64,000 nt of DNA from Macrostomum lignano (taxonomy: Eukaryota). The position numbers were made by a program, and so were the translations under genes. The stretch lies in contig NIVC01000532.1 of assembly GCA_002269645.1 (NCBI GenBank), positions 485,257-549,256 of the forward strand, in the 5' to 3' direction. Positions 12,001 to 23,704 of this stretch are shown piece after piece. The stretch's first letter is position 1; each line of letters starts with the position of its first letter. Under the pieces are notes generated by a model, which saw only the letters and a program-made list of their open reading frames with translations, was not told where the DNA came from and searched no databases.

Positions 12001-14172
12001 TGTCTGTCTGTCTGTCTGTCTGCGGGTCTCTACTGTCTGTCTGTCTGTCTGTCTGTGGGTCTATACTGTCTGTCTGTCTGTCTGTCTGTCTGTCTGCGGG
12101 TCTGCCTGTCTTTCTGTCTGTCTGTCTATTTGTCTGTCTCTCCGTCTGTGTGTCTGTCGGTCCGTCCGTCTGTCTGGCTGTCTGTCTGTCTGTCTGTCTG
12201 CGTGCCTGTCTGTCTGTCTGTCTGTCTGCTTATGTCTGTATTTGGTTTGTCCGCCTGTCAGCCGGTCTCTTTAATAATCTAATCGTGACTAGAACCTAAT
12301 AAGACCCCCCCCCCAATCAAATAAACAGACGACGCCACCCGGGTGACCCTACAAGACGCCAGCATCACTGGCACAGACTACATCAATGCCAGCTTCGTCA
12401 ACATGGAGATTCCCCTGCCCAGCGGCATAGTGAACCGCTACATCGCCGCCCAAGGACCCCTGGCCAACACGTGCGCCGATTTCTGGTTGATGTGCTGGGA
12501 GCAGAGCGTCTCACTAGTTGCTATGCTAACCGCTAGCGTAGAGCGTGGCCGAGCAAAATGCCATCAATACTGGCCGAAGCTGTACGAGTGCGCCGAATTT
12601 GCTGGACTTGCTGTCACCTGCGTGTCCGAGCAGCTGGCCGAGGATGGCGCCGCCGCCGCTCCTGCTGTTGTTGCCGGTTCGGCCGATGACCCGGCTGGAA
12701 TCTGCGTGCGAGAGTTCATTTTGAGTCGGGGCGGTCGAGAGAGACAGGTGAGTGTATTTAAGTGATACTCTAGTTAGCGGGGTGTACAGGTGTCTAGTTA
12801 GCGGGGTGTACAGGTGTCTAGTTAGCAGGGTGTACAGGTGTCCAGTTAGCGGGGTGTACAGGTGTCCAGTTAGCAGGGTGTACAGGTGTCCAGTTAGCGG
12901 GGTGTACAGGTGTCTAGTTAGCGGGGTGTACAGTTGTCTAGTTAGCGGGGTGTACAGGTGTCTAGTTAGCGGGGTGTACAGGTGTCTAGTTAGCGGGGTG
13001 TACAGGTGTCTAGTTAGCAGGGTGTACAGGTGTCCAGTTAGCGGAGTGTACAGGTGTCCAGTTAGCAGGGTGTACAGGTGTCCAGTTAGCGGGGTGTACA
13101 GGTGTCTAGTTAGCGGGGTGTACAGTTGTCTAGTTAGCGGGGTGTACAGGTGTCTAGTTAGCGGGGTGTACAGGTGTCTAGTTAGCAGGGTGTACAGGTG
13201 TCCAGTTAGCAGGGTGTACAGGTGTCCAGTTAGCGGGGTGTACAGGTGTCTAGTTAGCAGGTTGTACAGGTGTCCAGTTAGCGGGGTGTACAGGTGTCCA
13301 GTTAGCGGGGTGTACAGGTGTCCAGTTAGCGGGGTGCACAGGTGTCTAGTTAGCGGGGTGTACAGGTGTCTAGTTAGCAGGGTGTACAGGTGTCCAGTTA
13401 GTGGGGTGTACAGGTGTCTGGTTAGCAGGGTGTACAGGTGTCCAGTTAGCAGGGTGTACAGGTGTCTAGTTAGCGGGGTGTACAGGTGTCTAGTTAGCGG
13501 GGTGTACAGGTGTCTAGTTAGCAGGGTGTACAGGTGTCCAGTTAGCGGGGTGTACAGGTGTCTGGTTAGCAGGGTGTACAGGTGTCCAGTTAGCAGGGTG
13601 TACAGGTGTCCAGTTAGCAGGGTGTACAGGTGTCCAGTTAGCAGGGTGTACAGGTGTCCAGTTAGCAGGGTGTACAGGTGTCTGGTTAGCAGGGTGTACA
13701 GGTGTCCAGTTAGCAGGGTGTACAGGTGTCCAGTTAGCGGGTGTACAGGTGTCCAGTTAGCGGGTGTACAGTGCAGGCTATCAACAATCAGTCCCTAATC
13801 CCCATGCAGGTGACGCAGCTGCAGTACAGCAGTTGGCCAGATCACGGCACCCCAGTGAGCCACGCCGAATTCCTAGCATTCGTGTCCAAAGTTCGATCGC
13901 TCCGTTCCGGCCACCTGGAGCCGATGGTGGTGCACTGCTCGGCCGGGATTGGCCGAACCGGAGTCCTCATCACCATGGAGACGGCGCTGTGCCTGCTGGA
14001 GGCCGGCCTGCCAGTCTGTCCGCTGGAAATTGTTCGCCGAATGCGCGACCAGCGAGCGATGCTGATTCAGACTCCGTCTCAGTTTAAATTCGTCTGCGAA
14101 GCCATCCTGCACTGCTACGGGCAGCAGCAGCAGGATTCGAGCTCAGAACCTCCGGCTGCAGCCTCTGGCTGA
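141..14172 (+). CDS. PTPN4: FERM-PDZ-PTP non-receptor tyrosine phosphatase (PTPN3/PTPN4/Ptpmeg family), 10 exons, ~1020 aa after correcting two -1 frameshifts
   Basis: Exons with GT-AG and consistent phases: 141-269, 679-783, 878-923, 2829-3125, 3980-4067, 5976-6839, 10198-10407, 10996-11535, 12329-12747, 13810-14172. FERM motifs: [69 protein letters not shown]: [16 protein letters not shown]...LHEGDQVLYING. PTP: [39 protein letters not shown]. Single-base deletions near 2947 and 11523. Confidence 0.93.
1030..2795. repeat. 30-bp minisatellite (GGATCAGGGATCAGTAAGAATTCCCAGTTG) filling PTP intron 3
   Basis: About 58 near-identical units, with 29-bp variants near 1771 and 2401. Confidence 0.97.
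3360..3680. repeat. ~20-bp minisatellite (ATTCTGATCCCCATTTCCCG), PTP intron 4
   Basis: Degenerate tandem units visible directly. Confidence 0.9.
4115..5890. repeat. 20-bp minisatellite (CTGATCCCCATCTCAGTGYT), PTP intron 5, interrupted by a MITE
   Basis: Tandem units on both sides of the 4444-5021 insertion. Confidence 0.95.
4444..5021. mobile_element. hAT-like non-autonomous DNA transposon, 578 bp
   Basis: 13-bp TIRs CAGTGGTGTGATT / AATCACACCACTG; perfect 8-bp TSD TCTGATCC at 4436-4443 and 5022-5029; GGCGCGAA subterminal repeats. Confidence 0.9.
6866..8098. repeat. Degenerate (ATTG)n microsatellite with internal block duplications, PTP intron 6
   Basis: Direct observation. Confidence 0.95.
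8590..9310. repeat. (CAGA)n microsatellite, PTP intron 6
   Basis: Direct observation. Confidence 0.95.
9475..9701 (+). promoter_or_regulatory. Possible internal promoter and alternative first coding exon of the PTP gene
   Basis: Three CCAAT boxes (9475, 9490 reverse, 9510); ATGs at 9609 and 9633 open to a phase-0 GTGAGT donor at 9696, compatible with the phase-0 acceptor at 10198. Confidence 0.4.
9820..10190. repeat. Degenerate ~33-bp repeat (ATCCCAAATCCCATTTATCCCAAAACTAC-like)
   Basis: Direct observation. Confidence 0.8.
10432..10960. repeat. 21-22-bp minisatellite (AAAGTAGTGCCATTTTGAAATC), PTP intron 7
   Basis: About 24 near-perfect units. Confidence 0.95.
11545..12235. repeat. 39-bp minisatellite followed by (TGTC)n, PTP intron 8
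   Basis: Unit CTGTGTTACTGCTGGCTTTGTCTAGGGTCTTGGTT-like at 11545-11900, then a TGTC array. Confidence 0.93.
12768..13770. repeat. 24-bp minisatellite (GTTAGCRGGGTGTACAGGTGTCYA), PTP intron 9
   Basis: About 41 units; source of the spurious 348-aa ORF. Confidence 0.96.
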
Positions 14173-14339
14173 GTAAATCCACTTCTAGAAGAATTTTCTT
14201 CTCTATTTTGTTGCTGCACTATGAATCTTGTTTGTTTGTTTGACTACGAGTAACTCTCGCAGTGGCTCACCTTTTTCCCGCGTTTTTAAATTTGTTTGCT
14301 TAGTTGCTTGCTTAATAACCCGAGCCATGCACGCCTGCT

Positions 14340-14875
14340 TAAATCCAATTCAAAATCCCCATCATTGATAATCCCTTGGCGATAATCCACTTCAAAATCC
14401 CCATCATTGATAATCCCTTGGCATAATCCACTTCAAAATCCCCATCATTGATAATCCCTTGGCATAATCCACTTCAAAATCCCCATTATTGATAATCCCT
14501 TGGCATAATCCACTTCAAAATCCCCATTATTGATAATCCCTTGGCATAATCCACTTCAAAATCCCCATTATTGATAATCCCTTGGCATAATCCACTTCAA
14601 AATCCCCATTATTGATAATCCCTTGGCATAATCCACTTCAAAATCCCCATTATTGATAATCCCTTGGCATAACCCACTTCAAAATCCCCATCATTGATAA
14701 TCCCTTGGCATAATCCAATTCAAAATCCCCATCATTGATAATCCCTTGGCATAATCCACTTCAAAATCCCCACCATCGATAATACCTTAATGATAATCCA
14801 CTTCAAAATCCCCACCATCGATAATACCTTAATGATAATCCACTTCAAAATCCCCATCATTGATAATCCCTTGAG
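14340..14875. repeat. 41-bp minisatellite downstream of the PTP stop codon
   Basis: AATCCACTTCAAAATCCCCATYATTGATAATCCCTTGGCAT repeated about 13 times. Confidence 0.93.
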
Positions 14876-16350
14876 CTGTTGCAAAAATCCCAAGAACTGA
14901 CAACCCATTAGCATCCATCTCTGCTGTTTCGCACAACTGCTTAACTCTTTGCCACTGTTGAAGCCGCTGCTGGTAAACCCTGTTCTTTTTACCTTTTTTC
15001 TCTGCTCTCTACTATTGAATTGTGATTCTCCTGGTTTCACCTGAGGAGCCTCCCATTACCCAGTTAAAATGTGTTGTATGTATAGCCTGTTTGTTCAACC
15101 TGAATAATTGTCTGAATTCTTATTTAGGTGGACAAAATTGATTTATTTATCATTTTTTATCTGAGCATCCTGTCTGGCACCCTATTACCTTGTTTTAGTG
15201 CTATAAGTAGTATATATTATAATTGTGACTTTGCATATCTGCTATTCATATCTGATTAACTGTTCAAAGTGTGCCCTCTGCCCATTAAATTATGATTAGT
15301 TTGTTTTAATATTATCAACTTTGTGCTCGTGTCTTTGTCTTCTGTGTTTGACTGGGGCTTTTAGAGTAGTGTGACAATGTAAGGTTACCCGCCCTGCTAA
15401 CCCTCTCCTTGACCCTCTCTGCCCCCTCTCCTTGAATCGCTAAAGAGTCATTGCAAACAACGTCTCAGACACGACTCTACGGTCCCACTCCAATTGACTC
15501 TTTAGGCAACTCTTAGACGAAATTTTGGCGGCTTGTACCCTGACATCTTTGAGTCGTCTGGAGTCAACTTCTTTCCTTATATGGTTACGCAAGCAGGTAG
15601 AAAAAAAAACAAATAAATATTCAATTTCTATTCCTATGCGTTTCTCTATTCTGCTAAAAAATCTTATCAAAAAGTACTTTTTGCTACTTTGTGTCATGAC
15701 CTTGAATGACCCTCCCACTTTTTTTAAACCAATTCCCTACGAATGTGATAATAAACTGCTTACATTGCAACTACTAGCTAAATTATTAAATAGCGGTCCA
15801 GTGTATACTACTTATTGTACTTTGCAAGTAGTAATTGAAAGCTTTTTGCAAAGTAAAACAAATCGACCACATTCTCGCCGGGGCTCCCTCCTGCTTGCAC
15901 TTTTATTCGCTGCAAATTATCGTTTGCTTGTTTGTTTTAATATATTGTACGATTTTTTAAGAAATAACTTTATGCACTTTTTATCTGTTAGCCTGAAAAG
16001 TTTTTTGTCCTCTCTTTTGAATTCGTTTCGCTAAGATGCACCGCAAATCTGTTTCTAATTGAAGCGAGACAAAATAGTTTGTGTAAAAATGCGTGTAATT
16101 GCCATCACTGCTCATTGGCTGGGCTATTCCGGGGAGATCCAATTTCAGAGCTGTGTAAATCCCTCTGCTAACTTATTTATCATCATATCTATTTATATAA
16201 AAGTATACATTTATTGATTAGTTCTCAGCTCCTGTACTTTTCAGTGATAATTAATTACAGGAGACTGGTCGAAGTTTTTCCAAATAAATTGCTGCTTAGC
16301 AACTATTTTTACTGTGTTTTTCAACCTGTACATAGATTGATTGATTGATT

Positions 16351-16381
<31 letters not shown>

Positions 16382-17049
16382 TGGCCACCCCAGTACTGCT
16401 GTAACGCATACAGTTCAGCGTTCGAGCTGAAGCTTTCTGAGGTCTCAAGGGACGGAGAGAGTCGCGCCTGGCGACACGGAGGGCAAGCGATAGGTTGGGA
16501 TAAAATGAGTTTAAGTTTTGCATAATTAACAATTATTCAAGCAAAAGTTTTTGTGGTCCTGGGACAGGAATAGATGAGCTGCTGCAACCGGAAGCCTGCT
16601 TAGCTAATAAAGCAATTCCAGGCCCAGGCGTTGATTCTCGGGAACGCTCGTGTTATTTAAATAAAAGTTATAACTATTCAGTATAGCCATGATGAGTGTA
16701 TTTATATTACTAATCCAATGGTAAGTGAATCATGTTTAATCGCCAAAACTTAGCACAGCATTTGTAGCATGCATAAATATAACTTTTTCAATTATTCAAA
16801 TACGTAATCAAGGAGTTGATTCTTAATTTAAAACTAAAGGATTTTTAAAAAGTTGAATAGCACAAAACAGCTCACATAGATGGAGGTTGCAATTATATCT
16901 TAGTTATGATTATAATTATTTTAATGGCAGAATGAGCATTTCCAGATGATGCAGATAGCTGAAACTGGTTGTCGGCCAGCGCATCTGAAATTTAGGGTTT
17001 TGTGAAATTTTTACCATAAACTACCCTTCTGCGAATGAATGCGAGCGGA

Positions 17050-17690
17050 AGTGAGAATGGGAGAGGAGAGTGAGAGTCGAAGAGGAGAGTGAGAATGGGA
17101 GAGGAGAGTAAGAATTGGGGGAAAGTGAGAATGGAAGGGAGAGGAGAGAGAATGGGAGAGGAAAAGAGAGTGAGAATGGGAGAGTAAAGGAGAGTGAGAA
17201 TGGGAGGGAGAGGAGAGGAGAATGGGAGGGAGAGGAGAGGAGAATGGGAGGGAGAGGAGAGGAGAATGGGAGGGAGAGGAGAGGAGAATGGGAGGGAGAG
17301 GAGAGGAGAATGGGAGGGAGAGGAGAGGAGAATGGGAGGGAGAGGAGAGGAGAATGGGAGGGAGAGGAGAGGAGAATGGGAGGGAGAGGAGAGGAGAATG
17401 GGAGGGAGAGGAGAGGAGAGGAGAATGGGAGGGAGAGGAGAGGAGAATGGGAGGGAGAGGAGAGGAGAATGGGAGGGAGAGGAGAGGAGAATGGGAGGGA
17501 GAGGAGAGGAGAATGGGAGGGAGAGGAGAGGAGAATGGGAGGGAGAGGAGAGGAGAATGGGAGGGAGAGGAGAGGAGAATGGGAGAGGAAAGGAGAGTGA
17601 GAATGGGAGAGGAAAGGAGATTGAGAATGGAAAGGAGAGTGAGAATAGGAGGGAGATAAGAGTGAGAATGGGAGGAGAGTGAGAATAGGG
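17050..17690. repeat. Polypurine ~22-bp repeat (GGGAGGGAGAGGAGAGGAGAAT)
   Basis: Direct observation. Confidence 0.93.
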
Positions 17691-17726
17691 ATAGAAAGAA
17701 GAAATCGGTAGACAGTGAGATAAGAG

Positions 17727-17848
17727 TAGGGGTGTTCGGGGTTCGGGGTCCCGATGAATGTTCGGGATGGGGTTCGGGGGTCCCGATAAATGTTCGGGAT
17801 CGGGGTTAACCCCGAACCCCGAAAAAAATGCCATCCCGAACACCCCTA
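17727..17848. mobile_element. Miniature hAT-like MITE, 122 bp
   Basis: 14-bp TIRs TAGGGGTGTTCGGG / CCCGAACACCCCTA; 8-bp TSD GATAAGAG at 17719-17726 and 17849-17856. Confidence 0.88.
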
Positions 17849-18338
17849 GATAAGAGATACGAGTTCCGTTTGCTAAACTGAATTTAGTTAGTATATACGA
17901 GTATGATAAAAGAATTACTAGTTGACAAGGAAAAGGTCCTAACAATGATTCGTGCCCAAGATTTTAGCCTTTAAAACTTGGTAACTTGAAAACTACAAGC
18001 ACACAAATTCGCGGACTTATTTCAGCAGTCGATATGTATCGTAGTTAACTTTGCAAAGAATTGATGCGCAACAGATAAGCGCGGGATTGTCAAACAATAA
18101 AAAATAGAACGATAATTGGGATTAGGGATTCAGGTGTGGTTGAGGGAAGGGAGAGAAGACGTCACGTCTGTATCTAGCATAGAAACACAGGCACTGAGGC
18201 GAATTAGTCAGAACCAACCCCATCTTCTCCCCCCCCCCTAACCCCTGAGCTGCTGGGGTGGCTGTGTGGCTGGGATGGATGCTGTATATGGGATGGAGAG
18301 ATGCGGTCGTCCCTCTGAGCTGCACTGCTCAAACCCTC

Positions 18339-18375
<37 letters not shown>

Positions 18376-19673
18376 ATCTTGTTAAAACTCCTTTTTATGG
18401 CTATAAATATGTATATATATCTCCCAATGGCTATGTAGGGGAGGCTGGACAGCTAATGCGCAGATTCGAGCGCTAGCTGAGGCAGAGAAGCCCATGGCGG
18501 AGAGCTCGTGGCTTATGGGCGGCACAGGATCCGAGAAGAGTACATCGGCCCCGCCCCCTCCTCCCTAAAGCCCTTATCCTTATCCGCTGCGTCCCTTGCC
18601 TAAGCAATCCCATCCTCCATCATTCATTCAGCCCTTATGCGTGCTTTGCCAGTTTTCTTGAGCTCGGGAACAGCTGAAATTGGGGTCGGGATTGAGGAGG
18701 GAGACAGCTTCTGCTGCTGCGGATAGATAGTTGCTGGGATTGGGGTCGGCTGCTTCCCCCCCCCTCTTAGCTGGTGGCTCCCGCGTACGCGACGCTGAAA
18801 CAATGGCCAATTTGACTGCAGGTTTGGACCTCCCCTCTCTCTCTCCCGTTTCTCTTTGCACACCTCCCCTTACTTCTCTGCAGCGCAGAAGCTGCTCAAA
18901 AAAGCTGTTGGGTAGAAAAATGATAGCTTAAACTTATGTCATGCTAATCTGGCGGGCAAGAGGCAGCTGCAGTGCGGGTTATTATCTATCTCATTCGCAA
19001 ATATTGTTCCCGGAGCTCTGGGTGCATGAGTCATTCGTTTATTTAGCCTTCCGCCTTAGATCTCTCTGACCCCTTCGGCTATTTCTATCTTTGGTCTGAA
19101 TTGATGGGGTTTTTTATATTAATTTCCTACCGCAGTTTGTACCTATTGCGCACCTGATCTCATCACTAGGGTCTTATTGACCTATATGTAGTTAATAAGA
19201 GGGCAGACCCCCTTGGTTCCATTCCGTTCGCGGCCACATTCATTCGGGGCTTATGTGCTCAGATTCATGTCTGGGACGATGGTTCTCCAGGGTCCCTGGC
19301 CCTACTACTTAATAAGAATTTAGCACTGCTCTCGACAGGTCCTGTTTCATTAAACAAGCAACAAGGCCGCAATGGCAAGCTTACCAAACTGATGAATGAA
19401 TTGTTGGCAGTTATTTGATAATGGTAGCCCGGCGCATTGTCTGAGTCGCTTGTCTGAGACCGAGCTTGAGATGTTGGACCTGCAAGCGGCAGCTGGACTC
19501 AACATGCGTCGAATGAAGGCGAAAGAATGACGATTTAAAATATTTGTGTGCTCTCGTGCGCATTGTGTGCGTGTGTTTTGTGATTTCTCTGCAAATTAAG
19601 GAAGTCCACAGATTTTTCCGACAAGCCGCGGGAGCTGCTCGGGGACCGGGGGGAGAGGGGCCTGAGTGTGGCG

Positions 19674-21314
19674 TCACACGTCAGTTTCAAAGCAGCTAAC
19701 TGGACACTTGGGACTTGCTGTGCCTGCAGAATTCTGCTGCTGCTGCTGCTGTTTGGAGTGATTTTGTCGCCGCGTGCTCTGCTGCGGTTCGATAGGCTGC
19801 TGCTGCAGCGCCTCTGTAGCTTCTGGATCTGCTTCCAGGACGTCAGATAACGAGGCCAGCGAGCTTTTCTGAACCGCCGCGTTGGAGTCGCGGCTGTAGG
19901 CCGGGCAGGACTGGATGTGCACGTAGGTCTGCTTGTCCTCGGACTCGGTCTCCCGGTGGTAGAAGTAGTTGAAGTTGGACACAATCACTGGCACGGGCAG
20001 GGCTATGGTCAGCACACCGGCTATGGCGCACAGGGACCCCACCAGCTTGCCCCAGACCGTCACGGGCCGCATATCGCCGTAGCCAACCGTTGTCATGGTG
20101 ACCACAGCCCACCAGAACGCCGACGGTATCGAGTCGAAATGCGACTTGAGGGCCGAGTCGGCCTCGGCAAAGTACACGGCTGAGGAGAAGAGGATCACGC
20201 TGATGAGCAGGAAGAACACCAGCAGGCCGAGCTCTCGAACCGATGCTCTGAGAGTCTGGCCGAGGATCTGCAGTCCCTTGAAGTGGCGGCTCAGCTTGAA
20301 GATTCGGAACACTCGCACCAGACGGATAACCCGCAGGATGGCCAGAGACATCGCCTGGTTGCTTCGACTGTCGTCTGCGATCACCGTGCCGAGCGTGATG
20401 AAGTAGGGAATGATGGCCACGATGTCGATGGAGTTCATCATGTTCTTGAAGAAGGCGAGCTTCTCCGGCGACGAAGCGAACCGGACCAGCAGCTCGAAGG
20501 TGAACCAGATGATGCAGATTGTCTCGATGACGAAGAAGGGCTCGTCAAATTGCGGTATGTCATCCTCCTCGATAGCGTGGCTGGTGACGTTGCCGAACGT
20601 GTCGTTGACGACTTTGTAGTGCCGGAAGTGGGGCAGAGTCTCCATGCAGAAGATCACGATGCTGAGCAGGATGACGCAAACCGAGATGATGGCGATCACC
20701 CTGGCTGCCATGGAGCTCTCCGGGTACTCGAACAGCAGCCAGACTTTGCGCTGGAACTCGTCTTCGGGCAGCACCTTGACCTCCTCTTTGATGAAGCCCT
20801 CGTCGTCGCGGTACTTCTCGATGGCCTCCTCGCCAAGCTCGTAGAAGCGGATCTCCTCCGTGAAGACGTCAATGGGGACGTTAACGGGCCGGCGCAGCCT
20901 GCCGCCGCTCTGGTAAAAGTACAAAATCGCGTCGAACGAAGGCCGATTACGATCGAAAAAGTATTCGTTTCTCAACGGGTCGTAGTAGCGGTTCCGTTTG
21001 AGAGGGTCGCCCAGCAACGACTCGGGGAACTGGGCCAGAGTTTTCAGCTGCGTCTCAAACCGCAGACCGCTGACGTTGATGACCACCCGCTCGCAGTCGG
21101 AACTGGCCGCGGCGCCGCCCCGACGATTCCCTGCTGGGGTCGCCACGACGCCATCGGCAATCGCCGTGGCTTCGTCATCGAGCGGCGGCGGCTGGTCGAG
21201 CATTCGCGGGTGCTGCAGCGGCGGCTGGTGATGATGCGACCTGTAAGAGTGCGGCGGCGGGCAGGCGTCGGGGTTGCCGTTCATCTCGCCGAAGCCAGCC
21301 ATGGCGAATTCCAT
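19674..21314 (-). CDS. KCNA: Shaker/Kv1-family voltage-gated potassium channel alpha subunit, intronless CDS, 546 aa
   Basis: T1 domain [19 protein letters not shown]; S4 [18 protein letters not shown]; filter TMTTVGYGD; S6 [17 protein letters not shown]; C-terminal ETDV. First in-frame ATG is at 21314 (MEFAMAG); the track start at 21389 is a GTG. Confidence 0.96.
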   Translation of the reverse strand: MEFAMAGFGEMNGNPDACPPPHSYRSHHHQPPLQHPRMLDQPPPLDDEATAIADGVVATPAGNRRGGAAASSDCERVVINVSGLRFETQLKTLAQFPESLLGDPLKRNRYYDPLRNEYFFDRNRPSFDAILYFYQSGGRLRRPVNVPIDVFTEEIRFYELGEEAIEKYRDDEGFIKEEVKVLPEDEFQRKVWLLFEYPESSMAARVIAIISVCVILLSIVIFCMETLPHFRHYKVVNDTFGNVTSHAIEEDDIPQFDEPFFVIETICIIWFTFELLVRFASSPEKLAFFKNMMNSIDIVAIIPYFITLGTVIADDSRSNQAMSLAILRVIRLVRVFRIFKLSRHFKGLQILGQTLRASVRELGLLVFFLLISVILFSSAVYFAEADSALKSHFDSIPSAFWWAVVTMTTVGYGDMRPVTVWGKLVGSLCAIAGVLTIALPVPVIVSNFNYFYHRETESEDKQTYVHIQSCPAYSRDSNAAVQKSSLASLSDVLEADPEATEALQQQPIEPQQSTRRQNHSKQQQQQQNSAGTASPKCPVSCFETDV

Positions 21315-21999
21315 TTTGGGGGGCGGGTCGGCCGGATCTCGGGGGCTCTGGGAAACTACATGGCTGAGCCTACAGATGTCGGGTGGCACTAGGGTGGCTG
21401 GTTCGAGGCCAGCATGCTTCGGCGGTGCTCTCTCTGAGTATACCTGAGACTGCCAGCAGCGACGCTCGCGGATCCTTCATTTCATTCATTCACTCGGCGG
21501 GGGAGGGGAGGGGCGAGAGAGGTCTACAAGCTATAGGTAAGCTCTGGGAGGAGCGGCTTTTAGTCTTTCTAATTTCCTCCTAACCCATCATCGCTCTGTT
21601 CTCTCCTCTCCCTCATGCTCCTGGCGCACCTCGGCTGATGCCGCAAGCAACAAGGGCAGGGGGTTGCGCAGCCTATCCAAGCGAAAATCCCACCCGCTTT
21701 GCCACCAGTGCACGCGGTCGGGCCAATCAGCGCCGATCTGGCTGTCGGTGCTGCATTGGCCTGAGCTTGGCAAGCTCTCTCAGGTAATATAGAGAAGGAA
21801 GAGAATTGGTGAGGTGTGGCGGAGGATGCGGATTGCTGTTTCCTGAGCTTCTGTTCCGCTTTGCTGAGCAACCCCCCCCCCCTACAGCGACGCTGCGTCT
21901 GACTAGCGAGGGATGTCAGTTCGCAGTTAATTAGCGAGATGAAAGCCATTTTAAGCATTCTGAAATCCAGCTGCAATCGGGTAGCGATGGCTGCCGTCT

Positions 22000-22122
22000 G
22001 TGCCTGGCTGTCTGTCTGTCTGTCTGTCTGTCTGTTTATCTATCTATCATCTATCTATCTATCTATCTATCTATAATCTATCTATCCATCTATCTATCTA
22101 TCTATCTATTTATCTATCTATA

Positions 22123-22157
<35 letters not shown>

Positions 22158-22188
22158 ATCTATCTATCTATCTATCTATCTATCTATA

Positions 22189-22230
<42 letters not shown>

Positions 22231-22348
22231 AATCTATCTATCTATCTATCTATCTATCAATCTATCTATCTATCTATCTATCTATCTATAATCTATCTAT
22301 CTATCTATCTATCTATCATCTATCTATCTATCTATCTATCTATCTATT

Positions 22349-22379
<31 letters not shown>

Positions 22380-22400
22380 GACTATCATCTATCTATTTAT
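22000..22400. repeat. (TCTG)n/(TCTA)n microsatellite
   Basis: Direct observation. Confidence 0.95.
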
Positions 22401-23704
22401 TACCAGCTAGAGGTACAGCTCCATAGCTAACAGTACACGCTCTCATCAAGCAGTAGTAAATGAAAGAGCTTTTATGTGAGCAGCCAGCCTCACTACACCC
22501 AGTCCTATTGTTGTAAGAGTACAATCTGCTCCACCTCTGGCTTGTCTCAGTCACCGCAGTCTGTCCTTCAAGCAGCCTCCCCTTGGTTGCCGTCATCTCA
22601 AGCCTACCTTCCCTGCTCCCCAGCTGCACAATTGACTTCGTTAATATTTATTAGCTAAACGGCTATAATGAGCAGTTGTCGTCCATTGCGTGCAGAACAA
22701 GTGCTGCAGTGTCCGGCCCACGCATTCAGCTGGTTTACATGTAATTTGTTTAGCTGAATTGCGTTTCCGATCGATTATCTTTGGCTGTACGAGTACTTGC
22801 TGCTATATTGCGATTGTAGTGGTCAGTGAAGATGGACTTTGCGGGCAAGGGGATAGAGGATGGGATGGAGGTTGGGATAGAGGATGGGATGGAGAATGGG
22901 ATAGAGGATGGGATGGAGGGTGGGATAGAGGATGGGATGGAGAATGGGATAGAGGATGGGGTTGGGGATGGGATAGGGGATAGGGGATAAGGGATAGGGC
23001 AGCTTAAAGGATGGGGATAAAAGATAGGGGATAAAGGATGGGGGATAGATGATTAGGGGATAAGGGATGGGAGATAGGAGATGAGGGATAGATGATAGAG
23101 AGTAGGGGAAGATAAAAGAGGATAGGGGATAGAATAGGCCCCCTACTCAACTTAAAAAAGCACTGAGAGAACAGAACGCAGAGTGCAATAGGGGTCATGC
23201 ATACGGCTGAAAGTTCGGTGATGGTGGGCAGCATTTTATTGTCTTGATACTCCGAGCAGCTCCCGCCGGTGCCTTTGCGGGATAGCAAAATTATGATTTC
23301 TCCTTTCTCCATCCCATCTCCCAGAGCTAACCCAGTCTGGTTGCTGGGCAGCAATTAAAAGCCATGCACGGGGCTAAACCGGCGGAATTCTCACGAGCAC
23401 AGAAATGAGAGCGATAAATTAGGAATTTTCGAAAGAAGAGAGCTTGCGAGAGAGACGGGTGGGTCGAGCATGCGATGGAGAAGGGCAGAGGCTGCGAGCT
23501 CTGGATTCTGGGGGGGGGATGAAGAACTGCTGGGATATTTCTTCTCAAACTGGCCGCGGCTTTATAATTCGATCTTTTCCATTACCCCTTCCACTGCCGT
23601 CCCCTCACCTCCTCTCCCCTGGAAGCAATGAAATTCCCAAATGCTTCCATCTGAGCTGCATTGGTGTCTGGTTGGGTCTGGGGGCCGTTATATGAACTTG
23701 CACT

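Noticed and set aside
12752-13798. 348-aa Cys/Arg-rich repeat ORF
   Set aside because: Translation of the 24-bp array in PTP intron 9; it lies between GT and AG sites of a conserved domain.
15575-15584. CArG box CCTTATATGG downstream of the PTP gene
   Set aside because: No nearby promoter context, and several such 10-mers are expected by chance.
21315-21389. 25-aa N-terminal extension of Kv1 in the ORF track
   Set aside because: It starts at GTG; the first ATG gives an N-terminus resembling other spiralian Kv1 channels.
20283-21392. 369-aa plus-strand ORF
   Set aside because: Antisense shadow of the GC-rich Kv1 CDS; no recognisable motifs.
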